Shown: one piece after another, positions 1 through 12,308 of the stretch
Position numbering within the stretch: the stretch's first letter is position 1
How the letters are laid out: each line of letters begins with the position of its first letter
Source of the DNA: Hypanus sabinus
Taxonomy: Eukaryota
Direction: 5' to 3'
DNA length: 64,000 nucleotides
NCBI RefSeq assembly: GCF_030144855.1
Contig: NW_026779371.1
Span: 1-64,000, forward strand
Position numbers and translations under genes: made by a program
Notes under the pieces: model-generated
The model's database searches: none
What the model was told of the DNA's origin: nothing
What the model saw: only the letters and a program-made list of their open reading frames with translations

Positions 1-519
1 GAAATCATTGTTTTCTTACAAACTGCTACTCCGTGTTACTCCATTTTGCAGATATAACAAGCAGGAATCAAAATTAACTCTTTCTTTTCAAGGGTCGAAT
101 GTGAAGCTTTGGTCTCAGGTTGGGTTCAGTGACTTGAATCCCTCAGCAAGCACAGACATGAAGTGTGAAGATGCGATTCTGCCTATACCCTGGTCATCTG
201 ATCTCCATTCCGTCTATCCGGCATCCTCTCGCTGGTCGTCAGCAGACATCTCCCGATGAGGGGGCTCGTCCCGAAATGTGGGGATCATTCTCCTGCATCT
301 CCCTTGATTATCTCCGATTTCATCTCTTCCAGTCCTGGGAAAGGGACGCAAAACAGCTCACAACGACCCTCGTTATCGCATCCCTTCCCCGTCTCTTAGC
401 AATCCCCATTATCCAGCACTCTGCTATCTTCGCACACAGAGGCCCCTCCACCCTTCGACTCTCCCCACCGTGCACACTCGCACACCGAGGGTCCTCTGCT
501 CGTTAAGATTACCCACACT

Positions 520-2870
520 GTGTGTGTCCTACTCTCTTACACCGAGGTCCCCCTGTCCCTGGACACACCCCACCGTTCACGGTGTGTCCGACCCCCGTAT
601 ACCGAGGACCCTCTGTCCCTCGACACTCCCCACCGTTCATGGTGTGTGTCCTACCCTCGTACACCGAGGTCCCCCTGTCCCTGGACACTCCCCACCGTTC
701 ACGGTGTGTGTCTTACCCTCCTACACCAAGGCCCCCCTGTCCCTGGACACTCCTCACCGTTCACGGTGTGTGTCCGACCCCCGTACACCGAGGTCCCCCT
801 CTCCCTGGACACTCTCCACCGTTCACGGTGTGTGTCCTACCCTCGTACACCGAGGTCCCCCTGTCCCTCGACACTTCCCACCGTTCACGGTGTGGGTCCT
901 ACCCTCGTACACCGAGGTCCCTCTATCCCTCGACACTCCCTACCGTTCACGGTGTGTCCGACCCTCGTACACCGAGGTCCCCCTGTCCCTCGACACTCCC
1001 CACCGTTCACGGTGTGTGTCCTACCCTCGTACACCGAGGTCCCCCTGTCCCTCGACACTCCCCACCGTTCACGGTGTGGGTCCTACCCTCGTACACCGAG
1101 GTCCCTCTATCCCTCGACATTCCCCACCGTTCACGGTGTGTGTCCTACCCTCGTACACCGAGGTCCCCCTGTCCATCGACACTCCCCACCGTTCACGGTG
1201 TGTGTCCAACCCTCGTACACCGAGGTCCCCCTGTCCCTCGACACTCCCCACCGTTCACGGTGTGTGTCCGACCCCCGTACACCGAGGTCCCTCTGTCCCT
1301 CGACACTCCCCACCGTTCACGGTGTGTGTCCTACCCTCGTACACCGAGGTCCCCCTGTCCCTGGACACTCCCCACCGTTCACGGTGTGTGTCTTACCCTC
1401 CTACACCAAGGTCCCCCTGTCCCTGGACACTCCTCACCGTTCACTGTGTGTGTCCGACCCCCGTACACCGAGGTCCCCCTCTCCCTGGACACTCCCCACC
1501 GTTCACGGTGTGTGTCCTACCCTCGTACACCTAGGTCCCCCTGTCCCTCGACACTCCCCACCGTTCACGGTGTGTGTCCTACCCTCGTACACCGAGGTCC
1601 CTCTGTCCCTCGACACTCCCCACCGTTCATGGTGTGTGTCCTACCCTCGTACACCGAGGTCCCCCTGTCCCTGGACACTCCCCACCGTTCACGGTGTGTG
1701 TCTTACCCTCCTACACCAAGGCCCCCCTGTCCCTGGACACTCCTCACCGTTCACGGTGTGTGTCCGACCCCCGTACACCGAGGTCCCCCTCTCCCTGGAC
1801 ACTCTCCACCGTTCACGGTGTGTGTCCTACCCTCGTACACCGAGGTCCCCCTGTCCCTCGACACTCCCCACCGTTCACGGTGTGGGTCCTACCCTCGTAC
1901 ACCGAGGTCCCCCTCTCCCTGGACACTCTCCACCGTTCACGGTGTGTGTCCTACCCTCGTACACCGAGGTCCCCCTGTCCCTCGACACTCCCCACCGTTC
2001 ACGGTGTGGGTCCTACCCTCGTACACCGAGGTCCCTCTATCCCTCGACACTCCCTACCGTTCACGGTGTGTCCGACCCTCGTACACCGAGGTCCCCCTGT
2101 CCCTCGACACTCCCCACCGTTCACGGTGTGTGTCCTACCCTCGTACACCGAGGTCCCCCTGTCCCTCGACACTCCCCACCGTTCACGGTGTGGGTCCTAC
2201 CCTCGTACACCGAGGTCCCTCTATCCCTCGACATTCCCCACCGTTCACGGTGTGTGTCCTACCCTCGTACACCGAGGTCCCCCTGTCCCTCGACACTCCC
2301 CACCGTTCACGGTGTGTGTCCAACCCTCGTACACCGAGGTCCCCCTGTCCCTCGACACTCCCCACCGTTCACGGTGTGTGTCCGACCCCCGTACACCGAG
2401 GTCCCTCTGTCCCTCGACACTCCCCACCGTTCACGGTGTGTGTCCTACCCTCGTACACCGAGGTCCCCCTGTCCCTGGACACTCCCCACCGTTCACGGTG
2501 TGTGTCTTACCCTCCTACACCAAGGTCCCCCTGTCCCTGGACACTCCTCACCGTTCACTGTGTGTGTCCGACCCCCGTACACCGAGGTCCCCCTCTCCCT
2601 GGACACTCCCCACCGTTCACGGTGTGTGTCCTACCCTCGTACACCTAGGTCCCCCTGTCCCTCGACACTCCCCACCGTTCACGGTGTGTGTCCTACCCTC
2701 GTACACCGAGGTCCCTCTGTCCCTGGACACTCCCCACCGTTCACACTGTGTGTCCGACCCTCGTACACCGAGGTCATTCTGCCTCTGGACACTCCACACC
2801 GTTCACGGTGTGTGCCCTACCTTCGTACACCGAGGTCCCTCTGTCTCTGGACATTACCCACCATTTGCGG
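520..2870. repeat. 62-bp minisatellite, about 38 units, with a higher-order repeat of about 990/1114 bp
   Basis: Unit GTCCTACCCTCGTACACCGAGGTCCCCCTGTCCCTCGACACTCCCCACCGTTCACGGTGTGT. Diagnostic variants recur at offsets of 990 bp (631/1621, 711/1701) and 1114 bp (1391/2505, 1531/2645). The long plus-strand ORFs here arise because the unit has no stop codon. Confidence 0.97.
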
Positions 2871-2971
2871 TGTGTTTGTACAACCTCGTCTTGTGCTCCT
2901 TCTGCTTCCGCATTTTATTATTTTAGATTCTCTTCCAGTTCTGATGCAAAGACTCGGGATTAAACATCGAC

Positions 2972-3167
2972 TGCTTATTCCCCTCCATAGATACTGCCTG
3001 ACGTGCTGAGTCCCCCCAGCGTTCCCTGTTTGCCGGACATAGGACACAGCCGCCGCCTCTCGCAGTCAGTGCTTATTCCCCTCCATAGATACTGCCTGAC
3101 GTGCTGAGTCCCCCCAGCGTTTCCTGTTTGCCGGACATAGGACACAGCCGCCGCCTCTCGCAGTCAG
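2972..3167. repeat. 98-bp direct tandem duplication overlapping a Penelope-like retroelement tail
   Basis: TGCTTATTCCCCTCCATAGATACTGCCTGACGTGCTGAG... starts at both 2972 and 3070. Resemblance to a Penelope-type terminal repeat is from recall. Confidence 0.8.
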
Positions 3168-4560
3168 TGCTGCTTTGTTGCCCCGCTTCGTTCTTCTCTC
3201 AACCATTCAGAACGAATGTTTAACGTTCGATGTAAATTAGGTGGACACCCACCTAACTCTCTCCCCAGCGAAATTCTCTCTATCTTGCTCTTCCCACTCT
3301 CTCTCTGAAGATTATTCTCTTCCTCTACATCGACACGAACACCTCCTGTCCCTAATAAGCTGAAGCTGGTTGTCGGGAGCATCGACTCTCTCCTTTTATG
3401 TCTGCCTCAGTATGACTCTCACCCTCTCCCTGTCTACCGTCCTTAATCATCAGTTGTCACCTCTGAGCTGTGACGGTATTCTCTCTCCGTCCTTTTGTCT
3501 GAATACTTTTGTATGTACGCATCTATCTTTCTTTTCTCAAGCTACCTATCCTTCCATTTATCTAACTGCCAATCTGACGGTCTGTCTGTCTACCTATCTA
3601 TCTGTCTCTTTCTTTCTATCTATCTATCTGTCTATCATTCTAGGTATCTTTCTGTTAGTCGGTTTATCAATCCATCTATCTATTTATCTACCCATGTCTA
3701 GACATTTCCTATTTATTTTCTGTTTTGTACATTGCTTACAGAACTACTTCCTCTTGTCAGGCAGCCTCCAAGAACCTTTGGGGAGTACAGGCGTTACGTC
3801 AGAGATATGCCTGCCTCCGGCGCCGCTGTCAAAGTGCCCATCAGATGGGCGAAGGGACCAATGGGAGGAGGGTAGGTGCAGGGAGACTGCAGATAGTCGG
3901 AATCTCAATCTAGGTGGCCTCACTGGGAAGATACGATCGACCGAGTCACGTGACGAGGACCCGTCTGTGAAGTTCTTTGCGGAGAAGAATTTCTCCCGTT
4001 TGAATGTTCAGGGAGGGACGAAATAACAACGCCTGCAACATGTACTCTGACGAATAACAACACGATGGCGTCTGAGTGTAAGCCTCTTCCTACGTGACAG
4101 TCAGCTCACCTGTTTTCTTGCTGACGACAAGCTCCTGTTGTGCGTGAAGCCATTGCAGTCCCGCACCCTTCCCCGAGATCCCAAACAACCGAGCGTGGGA
4201 CGGCCAGATCACCAGGTTCTCCCTGTTCATCAGCACTGCGAACGTTTCAGGGTGGGGTTATTGCCAATCTACACCCAGGACCAGCTGTTCCTCAACACAC
4301 CAAGTGTCCTTGCATTTTATGTTACGACAAAAAGACGTAGTGGGTTGAGAGCGCATGATTGGAGAATGGCGAATTCAGATGGAGGTAGTTTCTATTTAGT
4401 CTGATCATCGGAGGGAAGCTTTCACCTAAAATAAAAACAAAACGGGTGCAAAAATATCTGCGCAGAATCGCTTCCGCCATTTTAATGCCTGACAAGAAAA
4501 ATACATGACAAGCGCAGCTGCTATACCGTCGCCCTTTATTCACCTCAGTGGCAGCAACGC

Positions 4561-4575
4561 AGCGCCACCTGTCGG
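4561..4575 (-). promoter_or_regulatory. CTCF-type motif 40 bp beyond the V1 RSS
   Basis: Minus strand CCGACAGGTGGCGCT; the nonamer starts at 4616. Confidence 0.7.
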
Positions 4576-4654
4576 ACAGGCTCACACTCACGCTCAGACT
4601 GACATAAGCCGGTGAGGTTTTTGTTCAGCTCCTCCGTCTGACCCAGTCGCTGTG

Positions 4655-5230
4655 ATCACGCCAGGCACAGAAGTACACGGCTGACGAATTCGCCTTCAAA
4701 CCGACGGAGCTCAGCCTGAAGACGTAGCTGCTCGGCCTCTCTGCGGTAAAGCCGTACAGCAACCCCTTTGGTTCCACGATGCCGGCATATGTAGAGTAGA
4801 ACAAGTTCTCGAGCCCCTGTCCCCGGTATTGTCTGTACCAGAGCATTGTATCAGCTGTGTTGCTACTCCCCTCGACAGTACAGTTCAGCGTCACAGCCCG
4901 TCCGGTAGGACTGGAGAAAGCTGGAATCTGCGGATCGTCACCGGGTTCACATCTGAGGAAGAGAGTGGGAGTGAAAAGAGGTGAGTAAGCGGAAGTCGAG
5001 AACGGCGGTGTATAGAAGAGGGTGGATTGAATTTGGGATATTTTCGCGCGGCGCCCCGTACGAAGAAAGATCACAGTGAGGATGGAAATGTGCGGAGAAA
5101 AGCGCATAATGAGACAGAAACGGCACAGGACGAAAGGACGTGAGGATTACCCGAGGAAAATGAGAGGAAAAAATATTAGCAAATTTCCCTCACAGTGGAA
5201 GGAGACGATCAGCTGGAGAAACAGCAACAT
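4655..5230 (-). pseudogene. TRBV: V1: TCR beta V (CAWRD type) with a 1-bp frameshift in FR1
   Basis: Leader 5194-5230 (MLLFLQLIVSFH, phase-1 GT donor); V exon 4655-4952. GTGACGATCCGCAG is one base shorter than paralogous GTGACGATCCACCAG, so the leader frame hits a stop. The rest is intact (C..WYRQ..YFCAWRD). RSS CACAGCG (4648-4654) / 23 / ACAAAAACC (4616-4624). Confidence 0.88.
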
Positions 5231-5515
5231 CTTCCCTGGAGGTTTATTCCGTCCCAAGTGAAAGTGTTGTGTTCAGGAGCAATGAATCCGTTCACCTTGG
5301 TCCCGCTTGTGATGTAACTCAGTGACCTCAATGGTCATTGGTGAAACGGATGGCCACGCCCCGTGCTTCTTTTGGCCTATCTGAATCGAGACATGCGCGG
5401 TTATACTCTGCCGAATCATCAACTGTCTCTACTTGACTTACCACATCCCTTTCACAACGGTAGACAAGTGGTGATTGCCTGGGTGCATTCTCTTCTTCCG
5501 TATCGGTCTCTGTCA

Positions 5516-5558
<43 letters not shown>

Positions 5559-5561
<3 letters not shown>

Positions 5562-5815
5562 GGTGTGCTACATGCTGCGCTAAAATAACGACACGGAGTC
5601 GGTACACTGCAGTTAAAGAAGATTTTATTCGAACTTCGCGGCCTCGCTTTAAAGCCTCCCTGATCCCGCCCTCTCCGGGCGCGGATGCTGTACGGGGCAC
5701 GTACTCACAGTCCCGCGCGGGCTTTTCCCTGTGTTAGTGAAGCAGACCTGGCGCCTGTTTGGGACTGCCCTTTATGCCGGCGCGCTGGCTATTTGTGAGC
5801 CGGTTCGAGTGCGCT
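5559..5815 (-). mobile_element. Probable LTR-retrotransposon solo LTR, truncated by a gap
   Basis: CpG-rich non-coding block with AATAAA on the minus strand. Resembles elasmobranch LTRs by recall only. Confidence 0.35.
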
Positions 5816-6056
5816 NNNNNNNNNNNNNNNNNNNNNNNNNNNNNNNNNNNNNNNNNNNNNNNNNNNNNNNNNNNNNNNNNNNNNNNNNNNNNNNNNNNNN
5901 NNNNNNNNNNNNNNNNNNNNNNNNNNNNNNNNNNNNNNNNNNNNNNNNNNNNNNNNNNNNNNNNNNNNNNNNNNNNNNNNNNNNNNNNNNNNNNNNNNNN
6001 NNNNNNNNNNNNNNNNNNNNNNNNNNNNNNNNNNNNNNNNNNNNNNNNNNNNNNNN
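5816..6056. other. Assembly gap
   Basis: Run of N. Confidence 1.
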
Positions 6057-6509
6057 GAATTATCCGTAATGCATTTGTGTGTGTCTACTGATTCACTGAC
6101 TCTGGACCCGCAGACTGAATGCGCGTGAAAGTCACAGGGAATTTCGTGGCGAGTCGACGCAGAAGTGGTGGTGTTACGGCAAACACAGAACGTCGTTTGT
6201 CTCCTGCTAGAAACAGAAGCGAAAATCAGTAGCAGCTCAATATGCTGCTGCCTCGGGTTGGTCAATCTCTCCTCCAGACGGAATACTGAGAAAGGTGAGA
6301 AGGAGCAGCGAAGGTCTGCAGAGGAGATAATAAAGACAACACAACGTACACTCAGCGGCCTCATTATCAGCTCAGCTACGCACTGACCACACAGATATCC
6401 CGCTCTCTTTGTCGACAACCCGCTCTAACATCCATGACGCCGTCAATCATTGTGTTGCTTTCAACTTACAAACCCATCTGTCCATGTTTACATTCGTTAC
6501 TCAGATGAT

Positions 6510-7150
6510 GTGGCCACGTTATTAGCCGGCACTTCACCTACTTGTTAATGCAAATGACTCATCAACCAATCGTGTTGCAGCAAGTCAATGCATAAGAACA
6601 TGCAGAAATGGTCAAAAGGTTCCATTTCTGTTCAGTCCAAACATCAGAATAAGGAAGAAATGTGATCTAATTTACTTTGAACGTAGAATGACTATTGGTG
6701 TCAATCCGGGAGAGGTTCCGTATTTCGGAAACTGCTGAACTCCTTGGATATTCACACACAACCGTCTCTTGTGTTTACAGAGAATGGTGCGAAACACTGT
6801 TGTGGTAATTGTGTGGTGGAAAACGTCCTGTCAATGGCCGAGGTTGGAGGAGACCTGCCAGACACTTTCAAGCCGAGAGGACGGCGGCAGTAATTCCAGT
6901 TCCCACGTGTTACAACTGTGGTGTGCAGAGGAGCATCTCTGAATGCACAGTATGTTGAACCTTGGAGCGGTTGGGCTGCAATGGCAGAGGACCACGAACA
7001 TCCAGTGACTGGCTGTTGGATTAGTTACAGAAGGTCACCCAGTGGATGTTCTACCCATTAATTACATAACTATAGAAGAGGTAGATGTATTTGCGAGATA
7101 TTAGCATTGGTACAGATGCATCCATAGAGCAAACTTTTACAGATGCACCG
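6510..7150 (+). mobile_element. Degenerate Tc1/mariner transposon 5' remnant
   Basis: Decayed N-terminal transposase HTH coding sequence of the GKKCDL..F.R.M.IG...SETA.LLG.SHTTVS.VYREWCE type. Confidence 0.7.
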
Positions 7151-8287
7151 GTATAACTATCGCGCGTTGCTGTGTGCCGTTCGAGTTGGACAACGTGCTG
7201 CGATGTACAGTGTACTGCCGCCCTCTCGTGGCGAGAAGCCGGTTCTGCACCTTCTGCTCAATAAGTGGAAGGATTTTCTGTGGCCAGAGACTCGCCGCCT
7301 ACCGCTCTTGATGGCTTATGGAAAAGTGTAACTTTGGACGATTCCGGCCAATACCCTTCATCAGGACGGGGAGTGAAAAGTGGAGCGGGGTGGAGGGTGC
7401 GGAAACTTCCTGAAATAATAGTTGCGGGATGGTTAAAAGGGGCTGGAGTGGGAAGAATATGCTATATGATAGGAGAGGAGACGGAAAACAGGGGAAGGGG
7501 AAGGACGAGAGTTTCAAGGGAGAAGCAATAGTCAGGCGAGCAAAAGGAAAAGGTAATAGTAATATACACCATCAAGTTGGAGGGTACTCAGATGGAATAT
7601 AAGAAGTTGTTCCTCTGCCTTGACTGTAGCCTCGTCTTGACGCCAGGGGTCGCCAAGAACCGACACGTGAAAATGTGAATGGGATTCAGAATTATAATGT
7701 CTGGCCCTATACATTTATACCGTATAAAGCATGTTCGCAGAAAACAATTCATTACATTTTGCATCGATACAGAGAAAGGTAAATTAATAAATCCGTTTAC
7801 ACTTGCTTCATCTATGGACACGGTGAAAATCTGGTCTTGCATACAGAGCACAGAGCATTGGTGTACAATAAAGTTCATCAAAAATGATTAAATTCTACAG
7901 AGAAAACCGCAGTGAGGGTGAACAGGACTACAGATAGGTAGATTGTGATGTCGAGAAACCACATTATTTTCCTGTCCTCGAGCATAAGAGTAGGGTAACG
8001 GGCAAAGATCCTGCTAGATTGATGACTGGGGCCTTTATTATCATCGGCTCCTTGACTGTGGTAACGAGGTGTACAGACAGAGGCGACGTTTGAGCGATGT
8101 GCTGAGCTCTGTGCAGGCCCCCTCGGGTTTCCTGCCGTCAATTGCAGAGCAGATGGTACAACAGGCCGTTATTCATCAAAGCCCCTTTGCTTGTCGATGC
8201 GATATATGAGGTAGCAGGTGCACGCGCGGAAAGGCAGCCGAGTGCAGACCGTTCTTGACAGATAGGAGCAGTCGAACACGGTCTTGT

Positions 8288-8302
8288 CCTGCCACCTACT
8301 GG
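8288..8302 (-). promoter_or_regulatory. CTCF-type motif 39 bp beyond the V2 RSS
   Basis: Minus strand CCAGTAGGTGGCAGG; the nonamer starts at 8342. Confidence 0.75.
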
Positions 8303-8380
8303 TACAACATCGCCACTGAACCTCCCTGCTGCAGGCTGGAAGGTTTTTGCAGGGGGAGACTCGTTATCTGAAGTTCTGTG

Positions 8381-9254
8381 CGCTACTACAAGCGCAGTAG
8401 TAGACGGCGGAGTGGGAGGCCGATGCCCGACCCAGTTCCAGTTTAAACAGAGTGCTGCTGGGTCTTGTCGCCGTGAAGGAATCGGATGTGTAGTTTCTAA
8501 CCGAACCTTGTCCAACAGAATAGAAGAGACAATCTATTGCCCGGCCGGGTCGCTGCCTGTACCAATACAGATCTTGATAGCCCGTATTCTGCACAGTGCA
8601 TTCGATGCTGAACGGCTGACCCACACCGATTGACAGGGAGGACGGCGATTGCTCCACATACGCGGAGAGAATCACTAGAAGATAGAAAAAAAGAAAAGAT
8701 TCGACTCCAATTTTTTTTTCGATTGAACATCAAGTGCTGAGCTGGACAGAAGGACATTTCTGGCGATCTCGAAGACCCTGCTCACTTTTCCATTGACACG
8801 ATTGGCCATCCTCGCGGCACGACCAGATTCCACTGGCGGTGAGAATCGACGGGCTGAATAGACACGCAACAGGCGAGACAGCTCCGACTCCGACTTAATC
8901 TGATTCAGACACAACGAGAGCCATTGAAACGGAGTGAAGAACTGCCGTTGAATACCCTGCAGGATATTCGCATAGTCGCGTTTGGTCCGCGTTCAATTCG
9001 TCGCAAGGCCCCACACACCCTCAGAAAAATCGCTTGATATCCCCTTCCAAGCTGAAGGAGACGCCGTTTAAATGCCCTATCCGGCAGTGCATCACCGAAA
9101 AGCGCGTTAACGGGTTACAGTGATCAGACGAGGAAATCTAACCGATACTGCAATACAGAGGGCATTCCGTGCCCCCGTAACCCCAGACCTGTGATTTTAA
9201 CTTACGCGGGATCGCCACCAGAATCAGCGGGAGGCAAAGTGGCCCCCGCACCAT
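8381..9254 (-). CDS. TRBV: V2: TCR beta V gene (CACSS subgroup), apparently functional
   Basis: Leader 9206-9254 (MVRGPLCLPLILVAIP, GTAAGT donor). V exon 8381-8674 in frame: YVEQSP..ECTVQNTGYQDLYWYRQ..LFYSVGQG..YYCACSS. RSS CACAGAA (8374-8380) / 23 / GCAAAAACC (8342-8350). Confidence 0.92.
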
Positions 9255-9368
9255 CGTTTACAGAATGAGGGTATTTCCGCTGTGTGGAACCGAACGAAGC
9301 TCGGTATCAGATGTCAGGGACGTCTCTCTGCGCGGCCTGATAAAGGTCTTCCCGTTGGCTGAGTGACA

Positions 9369-9382
9369 ACACGTCACTTCCG
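9369..9382 (-). promoter_or_regulatory. ETS plus TRBV-decamer-like (CRE) promoter element of V2
   Basis: Minus strand CGGAAGTGACGTGT, about 115 bp upstream of the ATG. Confidence 0.6.
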
Positions 9383-9589
9383 TAGCGGTGTACCTCCTTT
9401 GAATGGCTTCCGCTGTTGTAAAGCTGACGGCAAGAGCCGAGGTGTAAACATGCAAAGCGGACGCGTTTAGATGATTCGGAGCGCGGTGGCAAATATCACA
9501 AGGAAAACGTTTAAAATAAATTGGCACCTAGGTTCTCGGGACCCCAACACGCACCGCAATTATTATCCAATTTATTTATTTATTGTTTC

Positions 9590-10090
9590 TTGACCGTGGC
9601 ATCGCTTCCATGCCGGGAAGTACCCGCCTTCTCCGTCGCCTTACAGCATAGCGGAATCCAACTGCCATCATGTTATCCACAGATTTGAGGTGGTCCAGGC
9701 TCCCTCGCTTCCGTAGGATTCATTCGCCATCTACTTTAATCCTGCTTCCCGTGGATATGTGCCTTTCAGCTTCGAATATTCCAAAGGAATTTGCATTCCA
9801 GACCTGGAATACCTCATAATTTAGGTCTCAGGCCATCTTTTCGGAGGCGGTGTTCGTTCCACCTCAGGCTCATGCCAAACGGGCTCTGGACGAAATGTGC
9901 GATTTAATCAACAGATATGAAACAGCCCGTCCCGATGCCTTCCCCGGCATGTTGGGGGACATCGACCAGACCGGCCTGATAATGTCGCTAATAATTATTA
10001 CCATCAGATCACCCGCAGTACCAGAGGAAATCACACTGTGGACCACTGTTACACTGAGATCTAGGGATTTGTCCATCACTCCTTGCTCTT
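9590..10090 (+). mobile_element. Rex1/Babar-like LINE AP-endonuclease fragment
   Basis: FVPPQAHAKRALDEMCDLINRYETARPDAF..GDIDQT matches the YIPPQA..A..EL...IN..E..HPDA....GDFN motif. Confidence 0.65.
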
Positions 10091-10923
10091 TCCGTTCCCT
10101 TTTCGTGATACCAACTTACCTCTTATCGTCTCACCTGTCCATCATGTCCTTCCGGTTCCGCCCCTCCTGCACCTTTTCCCATGAGTCACCGCTTTCCAAT
10201 GTCAGCTGACTTCTACTTCCTTTCTTTATCTAATCAAGCTGTCTCCTCCGAGCATCTCATACAGAAGCCCTCACAAGCCCATCCGCCCAGCTTTCCCCTT
10301 CGCCTGATCTATTCTACCACCTTCAAGCCTGTACTTCAAAGAGTGTGTTCTACCCATTGTGCACCGTTTGTCTCTGGGCTTTCCCCTCGATGGAAGGTTT
10401 GTTAGTCATTTCCTTGTTGTAGGTGGTCCCACAGTCCCTCGACACTCCCCACAATTCAGAACGTTTATGTCTGACCCTTATACACCGGGGACCCTCTGTT
10501 CTGCAAGTCCTCAACGTCCCAGCTTGTGCTGTGCTTCGGCGAGTGAATAAAGAGGATAAAGAGCGGGAGATTTGATCCTGCGGACGGCACACGATGAGCG
10601 CTGTCCAGTCGCACTCAAAGGTTCCGAGCCTCTGGCGCTGGAGATACGCGGGGGAAACCGCACATTAAAAAGGAAGGATGGAGTGGAGAGATCAGTGCGC
10701 GGATTATCGTCACCCATATGAATGCTTAATAAGGGGAGGACTGTAAATGCAATAGTTCCTCCCCTTCTCTCTCTGATTGGTCGTCAGTGCGCAACGCCTC
10801 ACTGATAGACTCGACTCCCAACCGCTGATTGACAGACTTCGCATTTCCTGTTCAGCTGACAGCAGCGACCCTGCTGACAGTGAGAGTTTTTGTACAGCTG
10901 CCCCGTCACTCTGAGCCGCCGTG

Positions 10924-11311
10924 ATCACTCCAGGCGCAGAAATACACGGCCGACGAATCCGCCTCCAGTTTGTCGGACTTCAGGAAGAACTCGGTAGTCT
11001 GCGGACCCTCCGCCGTAAAACCATCGACCAATCCCTCGGGCTGGACGGAATAAGCTGCCGTCGAGCGAAACATGTACTCCGGACCCTTTCCGGCGAATTG
11101 TCGGTACCAGTACAACCAGTTGTTAGCAGTGATACGACCCTCGACTGTGCAACGCAGGGTCACATTCCGGCCGGCAGTTCCGGAGAAGGCCGGTGTCTGG
11201 TGGATCGTCACCGAGGTCGCGTCTGGAAAAAAGAGTCAGAGGGAAATAAATAATATTTGGGAACTTTCACTCACAGCGGAAGGCGAGGATGAATTGCAGA
11301 AAGAGAAACAT
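10924..11311 (-). CDS. TRBV: V3: TCR beta V gene (CAWSD type), open frame, 52-nt intron
   Basis: Leader 11275-11311 (MFLFLQFILAFR); intron 11223-11274; V exon 10924-11222 intact (TIHQTPAFS..CTVEG..LYWYRQ..YFCAWSD). RSS CACGGCG (10917-10923) / 23 / ACAAAAACT (10885-10893). Confidence 0.85.
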
Positions 11312-12293
11312 CTTCCTTGTCGGGTTGACTCTCTCAGTGGTGAACGTGGCGCGTGCAGCAGAGACGAATTCATTCAATTCCATCCAGTTTGATACATATG
11401 CCGGTGACGTAGGTGGACTTGAGGACGTAGCTATTGGGCACTCCCCTTCCATACTTCAACCCGATTCGAGGGCTGCTGCTTCCGGTCCACCAGGTTGGCC
11501 ACACAATACAGTCTCACTGTGGCTGTCCTCGTCCGTCCCTCTCCTTTTTTTCCTCTCCACATTTAGCTCACCATGTGTGATTTTTTAATGCTCCCAGGTC
11601 TTTGTAATTTTGGAAATCTATACAGACCTTTGAAGGAAGGAGGATTCGATGCCCCAACACGATTCGAGAGTTGAGCTGCATCCGCTCTCCCAAATTGACC
11701 AGGTAACACTCTCCCTTTCTCCGTCACACTCTCTCGCTTTATTCATCTCTCCCCCACCCCCATCTCACATTGTGGATTTATTTAAGCTCACAAATTTTGT
11801 AATTTTGGAAATCTGTGTGCCACGTTGATCACCAGACGCCCTCTTTCCCTTCCCCTGGCACTACATGAACGGCTTCCCCCACTTGGTCACTGATAAACTG
11901 AAATAGTTTGTTTCCCTCCTCCTGTGTCTGTCTCAGTATCAGTCCAACCCTTTCACCTTCGGAACTCACAACGTGTGATGTATTTATTGCCCCCAAGTCT
12001 TTGAAGTTCAGGAAAACAACACAACCGGTGTAAGGAGACGGGACACAATTCACCTCCCTTTCGTTGAAATCAAAGGACTTGCGTAATGATGGCCATTCGC
12101 CCTATGAAAAACCTTGTGTTCTGCATAGAGTAGCCTTCGACTTTCGATGTCTCTTTCTGTCTCTGCCCGAGCTTCCATCTTTGTCTCCTAGACTTTGTTG
12201 CATCGCAGCCGGAGAAAATTCAACTTTACAAAAATAATTTTTCCCTTTCATTCCCTTCGAAAAATCTAACATAAATTCCACTGCAGTGCATTT

Positions 12294-12308
12294 ACGCCCC
12301 CTAGTCGT
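12294..12308 (-). promoter_or_regulatory. Intergenic CTCF-type motif
   Basis: Minus strand ACGACTAGGGGGCGT; paralogous to the motifs at 18969 and 21698. Confidence 0.5.

Larger units (their letters stand above)
6057..9400. repeat. Segmental duplication unit A, copy 1 (paralog at 28775-31950), containing a Tc1 remnant and V2
   Basis: GAATTATCCGTAATGCATTTGTGTGTGTCTACTG.. matches 28776 onward. Similarity continues through the Tc1 remnant, CTCF motif, RSS, V exon, leader and promoter. Confidence 0.9.

Noticed and set aside
520-2870. CRISPR-like array
   Set aside because: Pure tandem units with no unique spacers, in a vertebrate genome with no cas genes.
2936-2975. Hammerhead ribozyme core in Penelope-like tails (also about 7345-7375, 30060-30090 and 49210)
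   Set aside because: The CTGATGA and/or GAAA core is mutated or missing in every copy.
470-3009. Long Pro/Thr/His-rich ORFs (354-829 aa) in all three plus frames
   Set aside because: They are cyclic permutations of a stop-free 62-bp repeat, with no splice or start context.
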